A DNA stretch of 64,000 nucleotides from a virus (taxonomy: Duplodnaviria; Heunggongvirae; Uroviricota; Caudoviricetes): IMG/VR virus record IMGVR_UViG_3300033075_001920. One strand, 5' to 3'. Shown here piece by piece: positions 46,612 to 56,422 of the stretch. Below the pieces are notes generated by a model. The model made no database searches and was not told the DNA's origin. It worked only from the letters and a program-made list of their open reading frames with translations. The position numbers and the translations under genes were made by a program. The number at the start of each line of letters is the position of its first letter. Within the stretch, counting starts at the first letter, position 1.

Positions 46612-47066
46612 TCTGCTTCAACCCATTCTGCAGGAGCGATAAGAAAAATTAAATTTTCATCTTTACTGATTCTATCTTCAAAGCACATTCGATACACATT
46701 TGCCAAAGAATCGGGATGTTCCATAATAAACCGGTCAGTCGTTTTTACTTTTCCGCAGTACAATTCGTATGGAGGATAGTATCCTTTTATAGCCGGGATA
46801 TCATACATTTGATAATCCCCATTGAGAATTAATTTTTTATCGCTTACACAATTGATGACATTGTATTTATCGATGTAATAAAATCCATTGGGGTCATCGC
46901 CTTTGTGGTTGTAATAATTTACTCCATTATCTCGTAATAGATAAGAAATAATGATGTTTCCTGTTTTTTTGGTACCGTCTGATGCAAATACTGCTTTCAT
47001 TATACAATTGTTGGAATTTTTGCGCGGTTGAGTCTTTGATAAAATACTTTCAGGCAGTCGGGACAA
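46593..47066 (-). CDS. hypothetical protein (157 aa)
   Basis: ORF; likely start at internal MKAVFASDG. Confidence 0.4.
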   Translation of the reverse strand: MSRLPESILSKTQPRKNSNNCIMKAVFASDGTKKTGNIIISYLLRDNGVNYYNHKGDDPNGFYYIDKYNVINCVSDKKLILNGDYQMYDIPAIKGYYPPYELYCGKVKTTDRFIMEHPDSLANVYRMCFEDRISKDENLIFLIAPAEWVEAEWTPAF

Positions 47067-47215
47067 AATTGTTTCATGTCTTTCTGCCTAAGAGCATCTG
47101 ACCAAGAACAGCATGATTGGTTATACCGTTTTTTCATCGTATTCTTAATAGATGGAGACATGCTTGAATTCATCAAGCAAAAAATATTTCCATCTCTTTT
47201 AATATGAGTTGCCAT
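47000..47215 (-). CDS. small Cys-rich protein
   Basis: CCSWS...CPDC; overlaps neighbour by 67 nt so start uncertain. Confidence 0.3.
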   Translation of the reverse strand: MATHIKRDGNIFCLMNSSMSPSIKNTMKKRYNQSCCSWSDALRQKDMKQFCPDCLKVFYQRLNRAKIPTIV

Positions 47216-47550
47216 TATTGTATTAAATTTTCATATCCCCTGAGACATCTGGAATAGTTCAGCCACTGGGCAGCATCAATAATATATTTGTCCTGATTAA
47301 TGCTTATGTCAATGGAATTGTTGCGCCTTACGCGATATTTAAGATCGATCCTCGAACCAACTCCATATCTGGGCTCACGAAACTTTCCGGTTTTTACAGG
47401 TTCAACCCGCTTGGTATTATCTTCCAAAATCCAAACCTTGGAGTGTTTACTGCTCGTATAAGCGACGATTGTGCCAGCGCTGTCCATATGCTCGCTTTTT
47501 GAGCAACCGAAGCACCAGGTGGCAAATATGGCAAAAATCAGAGTTTTCAT
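47215..47550 (-). CDS. lipoprotein
   Basis: internal Met start gives MKTLIFAIFATWCFGCSKS lipobox; ATGA overlap with upstream OMP gene. Confidence 0.45.
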   Translation of the reverse strand: MKTLIFAIFATWCFGCSKSEHMDSAGTIVAYTSSKHSKVWILEDNTKRVEPVKTGKFREPRYGVGSRIDLKYRVRRNNSIDISINQDKYIIDAAQWLNYSRCLRGYENLIQ

Positions 47551-48287
47551 AAATTCAATGTGAAAGATCCGCCAAAGTGAAGTTTGCCATCGTAAAAACC
47601 ATTCAGCCCGAAGCGCTTTCTTTTTGACAATACACACAGGCCGGCATTGGGCAGGTTGTTATAAAGTCCGCCATTAACAAGCAGACCTTTGTAAAGGGAG
47701 CGATAAAGCTGAATGTTTATTACCATAGGGCTTGATTTAACCTCGGATTTATTGGCATAGTACCTCAGGCTGGATTCAAACCCTATATGACGGCTGTATC
47801 CGTTAAATCCGGCTCTTAATCCTGTCTGGTATTTAGAACGGTCAAAACGACCATCTACACCAACATGCCAATATCCCTTCATATTGATAAAGCCCATAAA
47901 GCTAAAAAGGCATTCAGTGCTCTGCGCGTAGCTGATGTTTAAATTTGCTCTTTTAAGCAAATCATCATAAGAAAATCCCGCAAATATGAATTTTGGCCTT
48001 TTCATATCCTCGTCAGGTAGTAAGTTCTGATTGTTTACCATTATTAGCAGTTCGGAATTAAACCTAATGTTTGTAAGCATGCCGCTTTCTGAATTTCCAA
48101 AATGTCCATAAGCTTTTTCCGGAACTGTTGAAGCAGGTTGCGTAAAGTGGCCTAACGTGGTCCGGAGCACCGGAGTCTTTACCCCAAAATTTAATCGAAG
48201 CAAAGACATGTCTTCTCCGTTAATCCGGATTGATTGCCCCTGGACTGCAGTGGCAATTACAATGAGTAAAAAAAGTATTGATTTCAT
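47547..48287 (-). CDS. outer-membrane beta-barrel-like protein with signal peptide
   Basis: MKSILFLLIVIATAVQGQ signal; alternating hydrophobic pattern. Confidence 0.45.
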   Translation of the reverse strand: MKSILFLLIVIATAVQGQSIRINGEDMSLLRLNFGVKTPVLRTTLGHFTQPASTVPEKAYGHFGNSESGMLTNIRFNSELLIMVNNQNLLPDEDMKRPKFIFAGFSYDDLLKRANLNISYAQSTECLFSFMGFINMKGYWHVGVDGRFDRSKYQTGLRAGFNGYSRHIGFESSLRYYANKSEVKSSPMVINIQLYRSLYKGLLVNGGLYNNLPNAGLCVLSKRKRFGLNGFYDGKLHFGGSFTLNL

Positions 48288-48748
48288 GGTTGTTTGTTCT
48301 GATCGTTTCTGATTGGAATAGGAATCTGAATTCTAAAATATAGAGATCTGATAAGGCTATACCATCTGAATTTTTGAAGATAAGTATTGATGGATTTTAA
48401 TCCCTGATGGAACGTTTGCTGATTGGACGGTGCTGGTTTCCTGCGCTCTACCTTCGTGTAGTTATCGATGCGCTTGTCTAAAAACCGGTTAAAATCATCC
48501 CCAAGGTCTTTCTTGTATGGGGATCTATACCATTTGGCAAAAGCGGCAGTATCAAATCCCCGCATGCGCATATCCCGGAACATCCAAACCATATGGGGTA
48601 TTGGTTTTTCTTGTTTTTTAACATTTTTAGGGCGATTACCGAGCATTTCTCCCAAGACGAGTATAACACCAATCATTAGCGCCATCCAGACACCAATTGG
48701 CAAATTAATGAGATTGTAAAGTATATTCATAAGTAGTTTGTTAATCAA
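48284..48748 (-). CDS. N-terminally anchored membrane protein
   Basis: TM LPIGVWMALMIGVILVLG. Confidence 0.45.
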   Translation of the reverse strand: MINKLLMNILYNLINLPIGVWMALMIGVILVLGEMLGNRPKNVKKQEKPIPHMVWMFRDMRMRGFDTAAFAKWYRSPYKKDLGDDFNRFLDKRIDNYTKVERRKPAPSNQQTFHQGLKSINTYLQKFRWYSLIRSLYFRIQIPIPIRNDQNKQP

Positions 48749-48754
48749 TTTTAT

Positions 48755-49057
48755 TTAAGTTTTGTCAATCCCTTCTATCAGTAATTCAAAAAGGGCAGCC
48801 CTTGCGGCGTCTCTAAAAGAAGAGTATTGCATACGACCAATTTTATTTTGTATCTTCTTGCAAAATTCAAGATTATCCTTAATATTTTGCTTCACCAATT
48901 CAACGCATTCTAAAAACATGCAAGCAAATTGTTCATCATTTCCATCAATGTGCTCACTTGCAAATTTAATAATTTCCGACTGAGGTTTATAGCTATTATA
49001 CATGGCAACCATTTCAGTCTTTAATTTCCAAAGTCTGTCAATTTCCTGTTGTTCCAT
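48755..49057 (-). CDS. hypothetical protein (100 aa)
   Basis: ORF. Confidence 0.4.
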   Translation of the reverse strand: MEQQEIDRLWKLKTEMVAMYNSYKPQSEIIKFASEHIDGNDEQFACMFLECVELVKQNIKDNLEFCKKIQNKIGRMQYSSFRDAARAALFELLIEGIDKT

Positions 49058-49277
49058 TTTTTAAAAAATAAATACGTAAGTTAATTCGAAGTAAAGAATC
49101 GATTGTAACACCAAATAAATCACTCATTTTGACAATGATTTCTATAGGAGGATTACAACGGGATTCTTCATATGCCCCAACGGCGGATCTGGAAACACTG
49201 AGCTGCTGAGCCAAATCACTTTGAGTCATCTTCCTTTTGCTACGTAAAAATACAATATTTTCACTCCAAATGCTCAT
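49038..49277 (-). CDS. XRE-family helix-turn-helix transcriptional regulator
   Basis: MTQSDLAQQLSVSRSAVGAYEESRCNPPIEIIVKMSDLFGVTIDSLL is a canonical Cro/CI-type HTH. Confidence 0.7.
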   Translation of the reverse strand: MSIWSENIVFLRSKRKMTQSDLAQQLSVSRSAVGAYEESRCNPPIEIIVKMSDLFGVTIDSLLRINLRIYFLKNGTTGN

Positions 49278-49687
49278 AATTTGATAGCAAAGGGCAGTAG
49301 AGACGGATAATTCTCTTCACATTCTATACAAAGTCCATTAAAGATGGTAAAAGCGTCTTCTCTGGATTTAGCCTTTTCTTTTCCGGCATTGAAAAACAGA
49401 TAGATGTTTCCGGTCTCCGAGTCCCATGCCCCGAACGAGAACTGTCTTGTAAGGTTTTTGTTCTTTAATTTAATGGGATTTGCAATCCGGAACTTCCTTT
49501 TGCTTTCGACAAATTCATTTATGGCTATATGGTATTTACCTTGCCATATTATTGTCTGTTTGCAGCCCTTTATAAGCTTATCATTGCGCTCTAGTAGTAT
49601 TTCAGGATTCTGATCGTAATGCATAAGCGATTCCGAGTCAAATAACTGGGAAGGGGATGCTAAAAATAACTTTATTGGTTCTGCCAT
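49274..49687 (-). CDS. hypothetical protein (137 aa)
   Basis: ORF. Confidence 0.45.
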   Translation of the reverse strand: MAEPIKLFLASPSQLFDSESLMHYDQNPEILLERNDKLIKGCKQTIIWQGKYHIAINEFVESKRKFRIANPIKLKNKNLTRQFSFGAWDSETGNIYLFFNAGKEKAKSREDAFTIFNGLCIECEENYPSLLPFAIKL

Positions 49688-49712
49688 GTTCTATATGATA
49701 ATTTTATACTTT

Positions 49713-50159
49713 TTATTTCTGACACATTTTTAAGTGACGCGAATAACCTCCCATTTGTGTACCAATAATTCTTTCACATTTAGGGCATTTAATATACATA
49801 TAACTTCCTGCTCTACCTGTTGGGAATTTGCCATCTATTTCGCTTACAAAAAAACCACGATGCGATTCAAAAAATTTTTTATTTAAAAACCCATCAACGA
49901 GCCAGACCTGACTATATTCAGATTTTCTAATAAATTCACATCTAAAACTTCCACTATTGGTTCTGTATCCATTTTCTAAAATAAATTCATGTCCTCCGTT
50001 AATAGTGTACACAAGATGCCACATTTGATCGGTAGACTTTCTTACGCGCTTTACTTTTAATACATCCTCACCATTGTTTATATATGCCGATTCTCCAATA
50101 GAAAGAAATAATTTATTGTCGCCAATTGTGAATTCGTATTTATATTTTTTTTGTTTCAT
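49713..50159 (-). CDS. hypothetical protein with C-terminal zinc ribbon
   Basis: CPKCERI...H..MC. Confidence 0.45.
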   Translation of the reverse strand: MKQKKYKYEFTIGDNKLFLSIGESAYINNGEDVLKVKRVRKSTDQMWHLVYTINGGHEFILENGYRTNSGSFRCEFIRKSEYSQVWLVDGFLNKKFFESHRGFFVSEIDGKFPTGRAGSYMYIKCPKCERIIGTQMGGYSRHLKMCQK

Positions 50160-50197
50160 AATTATTTTAGGTTAGTTATACATATAATAACCTTTAT

Positions 50198-50950
50198 TTA
50201 TGCTTTCTTTTTCTTCTTATCTTCGAATACCAGCTGTTTGAAATTAAATCCAAGTTTTCTAAGGTAGTTGTGTACTATTTTTCTGTTTTCTTTCGTGCCT
50301 CTGTAATAGATACAATCGGTCCTGTAAGCTTCAAACTCATTTCCGAGAAGTGCAGCCATGTCATTCATCATTTCATAACACTTGTATCTGATTGACCTGT
50401 ACATGTCTTTCATTTTTGGGTGTTCAGGTTCAATGATCACCGGCTTGGTTTTATCGAGCTTCCCCTTTTCGAAATTCTGATAAGCAGTATTTCTGCCAAG
50501 TACAGCTAAGGCAGCCAGACGAACTCTTTTATATTCATCCCCGCCGGCTCTTTTAAAGGTATTATCAGAAATCATTCCAAGGCGGTATGCCATTACCCAG
50601 TAAGCTGAATCAATATCGGTACCTTCCAGTTCGCCGTAGGAATCATCGTAATCGTAGTTTGTTACATTGGTTGGAAGTTTTTTTGGAGCTTCCCAATCAG
50701 GGTGTACCTGAAGGAACTTTCTTGCATCCATTTTTACAGATCTGAAAACCCATAATTGATTGATTGCAAAACCCTCCTCATTCCGGTTTGGAAATGAATA
50801 ATCGATGTTATTATGAATGATGGTGGTCATGTAACTGGTCTGACGGAACAAAAAAGTCTTACCTTTTTTTTCGAGTGTTTTCTTTAACACCCCAGGCTTG
50901 CGTCTGGCGTTAAACCTTGTTTCAATAATTTCCAAATCCTTTCTAACCAT
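50198..50950 (-). CDS. hypothetical protein (250 aa)
   Basis: ORF, poly-Lys C-terminus. Confidence 0.45.
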   Translation of the reverse strand: MVRKDLEIIETRFNARRKPGVLKKTLEKKGKTFLFRQTSYMTTIIHNNIDYSFPNRNEEGFAINQLWVFRSVKMDARKFLQVHPDWEAPKKLPTNVTNYDYDDSYGELEGTDIDSAYWVMAYRLGMISDNTFKRAGGDEYKRVRLAALAVLGRNTAYQNFEKGKLDKTKPVIIEPEHPKMKDMYRSIRYKCYEMMNDMAALLGNEFEAYRTDCIYYRGTKENRKIVHNYLRKLGFNFKQLVFEDKKKKKA

Positions 50951-51115
50951 ACGTTATCTATCTAAGAAGTGGGGCTTTTTACGCATAAGATATCTGCCCA
51001 AACAATACAAGGTTATTGGCATAGAAATCATAAGCGCGATACCGATCCAAAAATATACTATTTCCATAATTACGGGACAAATATAGTGTTATTTTTTAAA
51101 ATAACAAGAGATATT

Positions 51116-52156
51116 TTAAATTTCTCCCCCTTTTTCGAATTTAGATATAGCCAGATTGGTTTGTTCTATAAGGGCATTGCTCTGAGCGAGGTAGTCTTTT
51201 TTACTGATAATTTTATCTCTGAGCAGTCTTTCCAATCTGTCGAGTTGTTTTTCCTGACGGTCCATAATAGCCTGAATATTTGCAGCTCTTTCTGAGCCGG
51301 ATATTTTACCCGGTTTCGGAGCAGGAGGTGGTACCGGTGGCGCTGGGGGTTGCTTACCTACTTTTACTTTAACTTCTGGGCGCTTACGCTTACGCTTCTC
51401 TTTTTTAGATAATTCCTCTTTGCGCCTCTTTTCAAGTTCTTTTTGCCTTTCAATGACATCCTTCCTTCTTTCTTTCCTGATTTCCGGGCTTGGCTGGGGA
51501 AGTTCTATTTCGGATTCTTCAAACGTCTGTGTGGGCGGGATGGGCTCACCATTGGTATCAACTAGGGTAAACTGGATAAAATAACTACTGGCTTTACCAT
51601 CATCCTGCTTTCCTTTTCGAATAACAACAGATCCAACCCACTCAGGGCCGGATTTGTTTTCAATATCCATCCTCAGATTTTCAACAATCTGATTGAGCCC
51701 GGAAGAAAAGTATTCGTATTTAAATCCTCCATTGGGCATGTATAGGCTCAGCATGCCCGTGGTACCATATTGGTCGCCGGCATTACATTCAAAACGAATA
51801 TTAAGCGGAGTGACCATAGCTGCAAAGTCCGTGGTAAGAAAGTCATCAATTTCCCACCAGGGGATACCGGTGAGGGATGCGATGTCTAATTGCAGTGGAT
51901 TGAAGTATCGTTCAGCTTTAACTTCTTTATCTCCAAATTCGAGATCGAAGGCTGTTTTCCGGATATCCTTTACTTTAACCTTTCTAAAATTCTGTCCTTT
52001 ATAGGAGAGATAAGTTTCATGAATTAAGGCTTTTTCCTGTTCAGGCGTTAATTCAAGTTTATTGGATTTTAGTTCTTTTAGTACACTTCTTTTGACCTTC
52101 TGATAGAGCCGAGAGGAAGCTTTTATCTTTTGAGATTTAGACTTTGATCTGGTCAT
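51116..52156 (-). CDS. hypothetical protein with basic/proline-rich and coiled-coil C-terminal region
   Basis: KERRKDVIERQKELEKRRKEELSKKEKRKRKRPEVKVKVGKQPPAPPVPPPAPKP. Confidence 0.5.
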   Translation of the reverse strand: MTRSKSKSQKIKASSRLYQKVKRSVLKELKSNKLELTPEQEKALIHETYLSYKGQNFRKVKVKDIRKTAFDLEFGDKEVKAERYFNPLQLDIASLTGIPWWEIDDFLTTDFAAMVTPLNIRFECNAGDQYGTTGMLSLYMPNGGFKYEYFSSGLNQIVENLRMDIENKSGPEWVGSVVIRKGKQDDGKASSYFIQFTLVDTNGEPIPPTQTFEESEIELPQPSPEIRKERRKDVIERQKELEKRRKEELSKKEKRKRKRPEVKVKVGKQPPAPPVPPPAPKPGKISGSERAANIQAIMDRQEKQLDRLERLLRDKIISKKDYLAQSNALIEQTNLAISKFEKGGEI

Positions 52157-52367
52157 AAAGTAAAGGTGGGATGCAAATGTATTATAAAAATTATTATTTC
52201 AAAATATTAATAGTTATTGTAATTGCAAGTCATTGCAGGAGTAAGGAGAAAAAACTATTTATGTCAAATATTATAAATAATTATTCACATTAACGAATTA
52301 ATATTTGCACAGATTAAATTTAATGTATTTATTTGTGAACTTTTCATTAAAAAAGTAATTGGTAAAG

Positions 52368-52400
52368 CAGGGACTTCTTCGGGAGCCCCTGTTTTATTTT
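52368..52400 (+). terminator. plus-strand rho-independent terminator-like hairpin with UUCG tetraloop
   Basis: caggg-a-ctt-c-ttcg-g-gag-c-ccctg followed by ttttatttt; lies in a divergent spacer. Confidence 0.5.
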
Positions 52401-52414
52401 ATCGCAATGTATTG

Positions 52415-52422
52415 TATATTTG
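52415..52422 (+). promoter_or_regulatory. candidate -7 promoter box (TAnnTTTG)
   Basis: tatatttg 6 nt upstream of GTG 52428 (leaderless-type arrangement). Confidence 0.3.
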
Positions 52423-52427
52423 CCTAA

Positions 52428-53114
52428 GTGAAGTTTAAAACCGAATATATTTTATTTGTACTTGGCGGATTGTTTTCCATAATTCTATTAACCAGCTCTA
52501 AGGCAAAAGGCAAAAGGATTAATCCAAAGGGTATGACCGTCGCGTTTATAGGTGATAGTCAAATGGCAAATTTCACAGCATCCGGATGGCAAAATCAGAT
52601 GATTAGGGAATACGGAATGAAATTATTGCCGGTACCCATGAACAATGGAACAGGGGCTTCAAAAAACAGCAATCTGGCACAGGTTGGTAAAACTACCACT
52701 TGGATGAAGAATATACTTTCTAAATTCTATAGTACCTGGCTTTTCCGGCCGGATATACTATTTATATACGGAGGAGGTAATGATATATCCAATGGAATCT
52801 CTCCAGAGTCAGTAGTAAAGAACACTCAGGACATGGTGGATCTTGCCAGAAAATATGGAACAAAACATATTTATGTTATTCCAGGATATCGGAGCAGTAA
52901 AGTATCTTTAAAGGCAAAAGCAATCTCAGAATCCGATGCTCAATTACGGGATTCTTATAAACAGATGTTAACAACCCAAATTAAAGGGGCAACAGTTCTG
53001 CCAATATGGGAACAAGCCGATTCAACTTATTCGAGCGATGGTTTACATATATCCGATCAGGCAAAGCTCAAACAGTTTAGCGATTTTATTTCTAAAGCAA
53101 TATTTGTCAAATGA
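52428..53114 (+). CDS. SGNH/GDSL-family hydrolase (esterase) with signal anchor
   Basis: blocks VAFIGDSQ (GDS), IYGGGNDI (GGND), SSDGLHIS (DxxH); N-terminal hydrophobic segment. Confidence 0.75.
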   Translation: MKFKTEYILFVLGGLFSIILLTSSKAKGKRINPKGMTVAFIGDSQMANFTASGWQNQMIREYGMKLLPVPMNNGTGASKNSNLAQVGKTTTWMKNILSKFYSTWLFRPDILFIYGGGNDISNGISPESVVKNTQDMVDLARKYGTKHIYVIPGYRSSKVSLKAKAISESDAQLRDSYKQMLTTQIKGATVLPIWEQADSTYSSDGLHISDQAKLKQFSDFISKAIFVK

Positions 53115-53758
53115 GAATAGACAGGAATATACGTATAGCAATGGGACTTGGCATACTGGCCGGTGCACTTCTGAGTATTAAAGTTGGTCGGGAGGTATAT
53201 GTAAAAACTGTTATCTCTGATAAGATGTTTTCTGACTCTGCAAAGTTGCTAGGTATTGACGAAGCTTTCCTTAGAGCCATAGCGGAAAAGGAGGGTGGAG
53301 GAAAAGGTTTTTATATCAATGGAAAACCTATAGTAAGACTGGAAAATCATATTTTAGAAAAATATTACCTGAGTAAGGGTAAAACTATTGATGCAGATAA
53401 GCTGTACGGAAGTAACAAATCCGGAATGAGTGAATATTCTCGCTTTGTAAGAGCATACAATGATGATCCGGAAGCTGCCATCTATGCAACTTCATTTGGT
53501 GCATTCCAAGTGATGGGATTTAATGCTATTCCAATTGGATATAAATCTTTGTATGAATTTTATAACAAGATGCACCAGTCTGCCGATAATCAATTCGAAG
53601 CAGTGGTTCGCTTTATAAAGAAGAATAATCTGACACCATATATTAAGAATCGGGATTATAACGGTTTTGCAAAAAAATACAATGGTTCTGTTTCATATGC
53701 GCAAGGTCCGAATGGAATTGCAGCTTTACATAAAAAGTGGCTTTCTAAAACCACGTAA
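53111..53758 (+). CDS. DUF3380-like N-acetylmuramidase (endolysin candidate) with N-terminal TM
   Basis: AIAEKEGGGKG and ATSFGAFQVMGFN resemble the muramidase family G.GQIMG.N core. Confidence 0.55.
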   Translation: MRIDRNIRIAMGLGILAGALLSIKVGREVYVKTVISDKMFSDSAKLLGIDEAFLRAIAEKEGGGKGFYINGKPIVRLENHILEKYYLSKGKTIDADKLYGSNKSGMSEYSRFVRAYNDDPEAAIYATSFGAFQVMGFNAIPIGYKSLYEFYNKMHQSADNQFEAVVRFIKKNNLTPYIKNRDYNGFAKKYNGSVSYAQGPNGIAALHKKWLSKTT

Positions 53759-53788
53759 ATAAAAACAAAACAAGATAAAATAAAAATT

Positions 53789-53813
53789 AAATGCTCTGAA
53801 AAACAGCATTTTA
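53789..53813 (+). terminator. weak terminator-like hairpin
   Basis: aaatgct-ctgaaaaac-agcattt then tt; A-tract upstream. Confidence 0.35.
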
Positions 53814-53867
53814 AAACTATTTCACAAAAAATATGTCGTTATTTTATAAAATAACAAAAAAAGGAAT

Positions 53868-53875
53868 TATGTTTG
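53868..53875 (+). promoter_or_regulatory. candidate -7 promoter box (TAnnTTTG)
   Basis: tatgtttg about 30 nt upstream of ATG 53909. Confidence 0.35.
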
Positions 53876-53908
53876 CTGTACAATTACTAACAATTACAAA
53901 GAAAAGTT

Positions 53909-54508
53909 ATGACTACAACCGCAAAACCATCTCAGTATGCTTCCGTTGATTTGAAATACAACATTGAATTAAAAAATGTAAAAATATTTGTACCCGGAAG
54001 CCAAGAAACAATCAACTTCGTAGCCGATATTCATATCAATGGAAAACATGCAGGTTACGCTAATAATGAAGGTCAGGGAGGTCCAACTTCTGTTCAATCA
54101 AAAGATCCACAAAGCAGAGAAGTGTTAAATCAAGTAGAGCAATACTTTGGAACACTTCCTAAAATGCAGTATCAAGGTATGAAAACAGAACTTACCTTTC
54201 AACCTACATTAGATGGCTACATAGATGAAATTATCAATGACCTTTTTAATGAAAAGGAAAGATCAAAGTATGAAAAAAAACTTCAGAAGGATTGCGAAGT
54301 GGGTATTTGTTTTGGGTCGGAAAATCACTATGCAATGGCGTACTGGAATGACCCAAGGAATACGCGTAAAAAAATCGCATTAGCTCAAATGCTTACCATG
54401 CCAAAAGGTAAAGAAACCATTGTGGCTAGAATAGCTGAAATACGCGCTACTTTGGAAGAAGGAGAAAGAATTTTAAACACCAATCTTCCATCTGAAATAC
54501 TTGCTTAA
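53909..54508 (+). CDS. hypothetical protein (199 aa)
   Basis: ORF. Confidence 0.5.
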   Translation: MTTTAKPSQYASVDLKYNIELKNVKIFVPGSQETINFVADIHINGKHAGYANNEGQGGPTSVQSKDPQSREVLNQVEQYFGTLPKMQYQGMKTELTFQPTLDGYIDEIINDLFNEKERSKYEKKLQKDCEVGICFGSENHYAMAYWNDPRNTRKKIALAQMLTMPKGKETIVARIAEIRATLEEGERILNTNLPSEILA

Positions 54509-54722
54509 AATGGAAATAAAAGTAAGAATGGTACTCATGTCGCATCTAAGTGATTTATCACTAAAAGCTTCTATGCAGCAAAATGAATATTCAAAAGACA
54601 TATTGGAGCATATTGAGTTCTGCAAGTTTTTGATTCTCGAACACACGGATACAGACAAAGAGATTAATCCGGATACCGAATACCAAAGATTCTTAGAATT
54701 AATAAATAAACGTAAAGGATAG
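54501..54722 (+). CDS. hypothetical protein (73 aa)
   Basis: ORF. Confidence 0.4.
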   Translation: MLKMEIKVRMVLMSHLSDLSLKASMQQNEYSKDILEHIEFCKFLILEHTDTDKEINPDTEYQRFLELINKRKG

Positions 54723-54724
54723 TT

Positions 54725-55042
54725 ATGAATACTGCAGACAATTTCGCCTTCAATTTTTTATGTAAAAGAAATGTGCTTTCTGATACTCATGATCAGAGTG
54801 ATTACGTTTTTTTGCTTATGGAATTTGAAAGAATCCACGGAGCCGAAGGGCTTAAGAAACTGGCTGGTTTCTATTGCTTTGTGATAGACCATAAAAAGGA
54901 TGCAAAAGCTCAGATAAGAGCGCTCCAAGAGGTATTTTATCACGATTTAATGGGTGCATCTGAAAAGGGCTTTTTGCCGCGTTCGGACGACTATTTGGAA
55001 TATTGGAACATTGAACTTGAAAAACACCAACTAGTTAACTAA
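54725..55042 (+). CDS. hypothetical protein (105 aa)
   Basis: ORF. Confidence 0.45.
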   Translation: MNTADNFAFNFLCKRNVLSDTHDQSDYVFLLMEFERIHGAEGLKKLAGFYCFVIDHKKDAKAQIRALQEVFYHDLMGASEKGFLPRSDDYLEYWNIELEKHQLVN

Positions 55043-55047
55043 ATACC

Positions 55048-55413
55048 ATGAACACAATTGCAATAGGAGCAAGCCTTTCTGTCGATGATGCAAAGATATT
55101 GATGCAAAGCATTAAGACCAATATTGACCAATGGAATTCAGGTAGGATTCCTACTTCAGTTTCTTACATAGACTGGGGTAGTAAAAAAAGAGGCCAAGGG
55201 CGTCGATCCGGTAGCACTATTCTAGGTTCTATGTCTGCTGCTCGCTATGGAATCGTAAAGTATGTTGGCGTAGACTTTAGAAAATATAAAGCAGATTGGA
55301 ATGGAGAAATAATGAAACTGCTTTCATATGATGGTTCTCGGATGAGTCGGTATTACAAAGCTCGGGAATTTGGCTGCAATCAGATTGAGGCAAGACTTTA
55401 CGCCATAATATAA
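55048..55413 (+). CDS. hypothetical protein (121 aa)
   Basis: ORF. Confidence 0.45.
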   Translation: MNTIAIGASLSVDDAKILMQSIKTNIDQWNSGRIPTSVSYIDWGSKKRGQGRRSGSTILGSMSAARYGIVKYVGVDFRKYKADWNGEIMKLLSYDGSRMSRYYKAREFGCNQIEARLYAII

Positions 55414-55419
55414 CACTGT

Positions 55420-55704
55420 ATGAATAAAATCGAATTATTAAGCCAAGGCAAACCGATAATAACATCAGAGAAAGGGAATTCTATGTCCCCGAGAATACTA
55501 TCCGGACAAAAACATGAATTAACTCCATGTACACTGGATGATATTATTGTGAATGATATCGTATACTGTAAAGTGCATGGTCGGTTTTATACCCATCTTG
55601 TTAAAGCCAAAGATCCGCTAAAAGGAGTATTGATTTCCAACATGAAAGGCAGAATTAATGGATGGACAAAAAATGTATATGGCAAGGTAACAAAAGTACT
55701 ATAA
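55420..55704 (+). CDS. hypothetical protein (94 aa)
   Basis: ORF. Confidence 0.45.
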   Translation: MNKIELLSQGKPIITSEKGNSMSPRILSGQKHELTPCTLDDIIVNDIVYCKVHGRFYTHLVKAKDPLKGVLISNMKGRINGWTKNVYGKVTKVL

Positions 55705-56222
55705 TGGCAAAAGTAAAAACATATCTGTTTGAAAATATGCATTTAGCTTCCAGTCAAACTATTGAGTTTGTAAAAAGTATCGATCATGAATACGTAGAAA
55801 TTGATACTGAAACAGGAGAATATAGGAGGGAGCGTGATTTTTATACTATGCAGTTACTTATTAATCCGTCTATAGAAAATATAGTCAGCTGCTCCGATTT
55901 TCTTAATATTATGGGACATAAAGCAGAATACAGTTTTCATCGGAGAGATGGTGAGAATAGATACCTTCAAATAGAGCATTTTGCATGGTTAATACGCATT
56001 GCTCTTAGAATAAGAGAAGAAAATAGGTCAAAACACTTAACCATTCATCTTAATTATTTTGGAACTGATTTTTTGCAAGACCTCAAGGATGAAGTATTCG
56101 GAGAAAATACAAAAACTCATTTAATGCTAATTTTAAGACAACAAACAAATGTTACTTTCAAAATTTACAGTGAATATAAATTAGTGAAGACCCTTACAAA
56201 AGAAGAAGACCTTGAACTATAA
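55704..56222 (+). CDS. hypothetical protein
   Basis: ATG 55704 (TAATG overlap) in frame with track ORF 55662-56222. Confidence 0.45.
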   Translation: MAKVKTYLFENMHLASSQTIEFVKSIDHEYVEIDTETGEYRRERDFYTMQLLINPSIENIVSCSDFLNIMGHKAEYSFHRRDGENRYLQIEHFAWLIRIALRIREENRSKHLTIHLNYFGTDFLQDLKDEVFGENTKTHLMLILRQQTNVTFKIYSEYKLVKTLTKEEDLEL

Positions 56223-56422
56223 TGGCAAAAAAACTAAAAGACTTATCAAGCTATACAAAGCCACAGAACTGCACCGATATAAACGATGCTACTTTGGGGC
56301 TATTAGAACTCACAAACTTCGTTAGGAACGCAAAAAACCCGCCAAAAACAGCATACATTCGAATTAATAAACTTAATCAAAAGATTCAACTATGGAACAA
56401 GAAATTCAACCAAATGTCTTAA
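56222..56422 (+). CDS. hypothetical protein (66 aa)
   Basis: ORF. Confidence 0.35.
   Translation: MAKKLKDLSSYTKPQNCTDINDATLGLLELTNFVRNAKNPPKTAYIRINKLNQKIQLWNKKFNQMS

Noticed and set aside
50898-51295. Plus-strand ORFs 50898-51086 and 50969-51295
   Set aside because: They fall in the short gap and 5' ends of minus-strand genes; translations are F/I-rich and low complexity; no promoter box.
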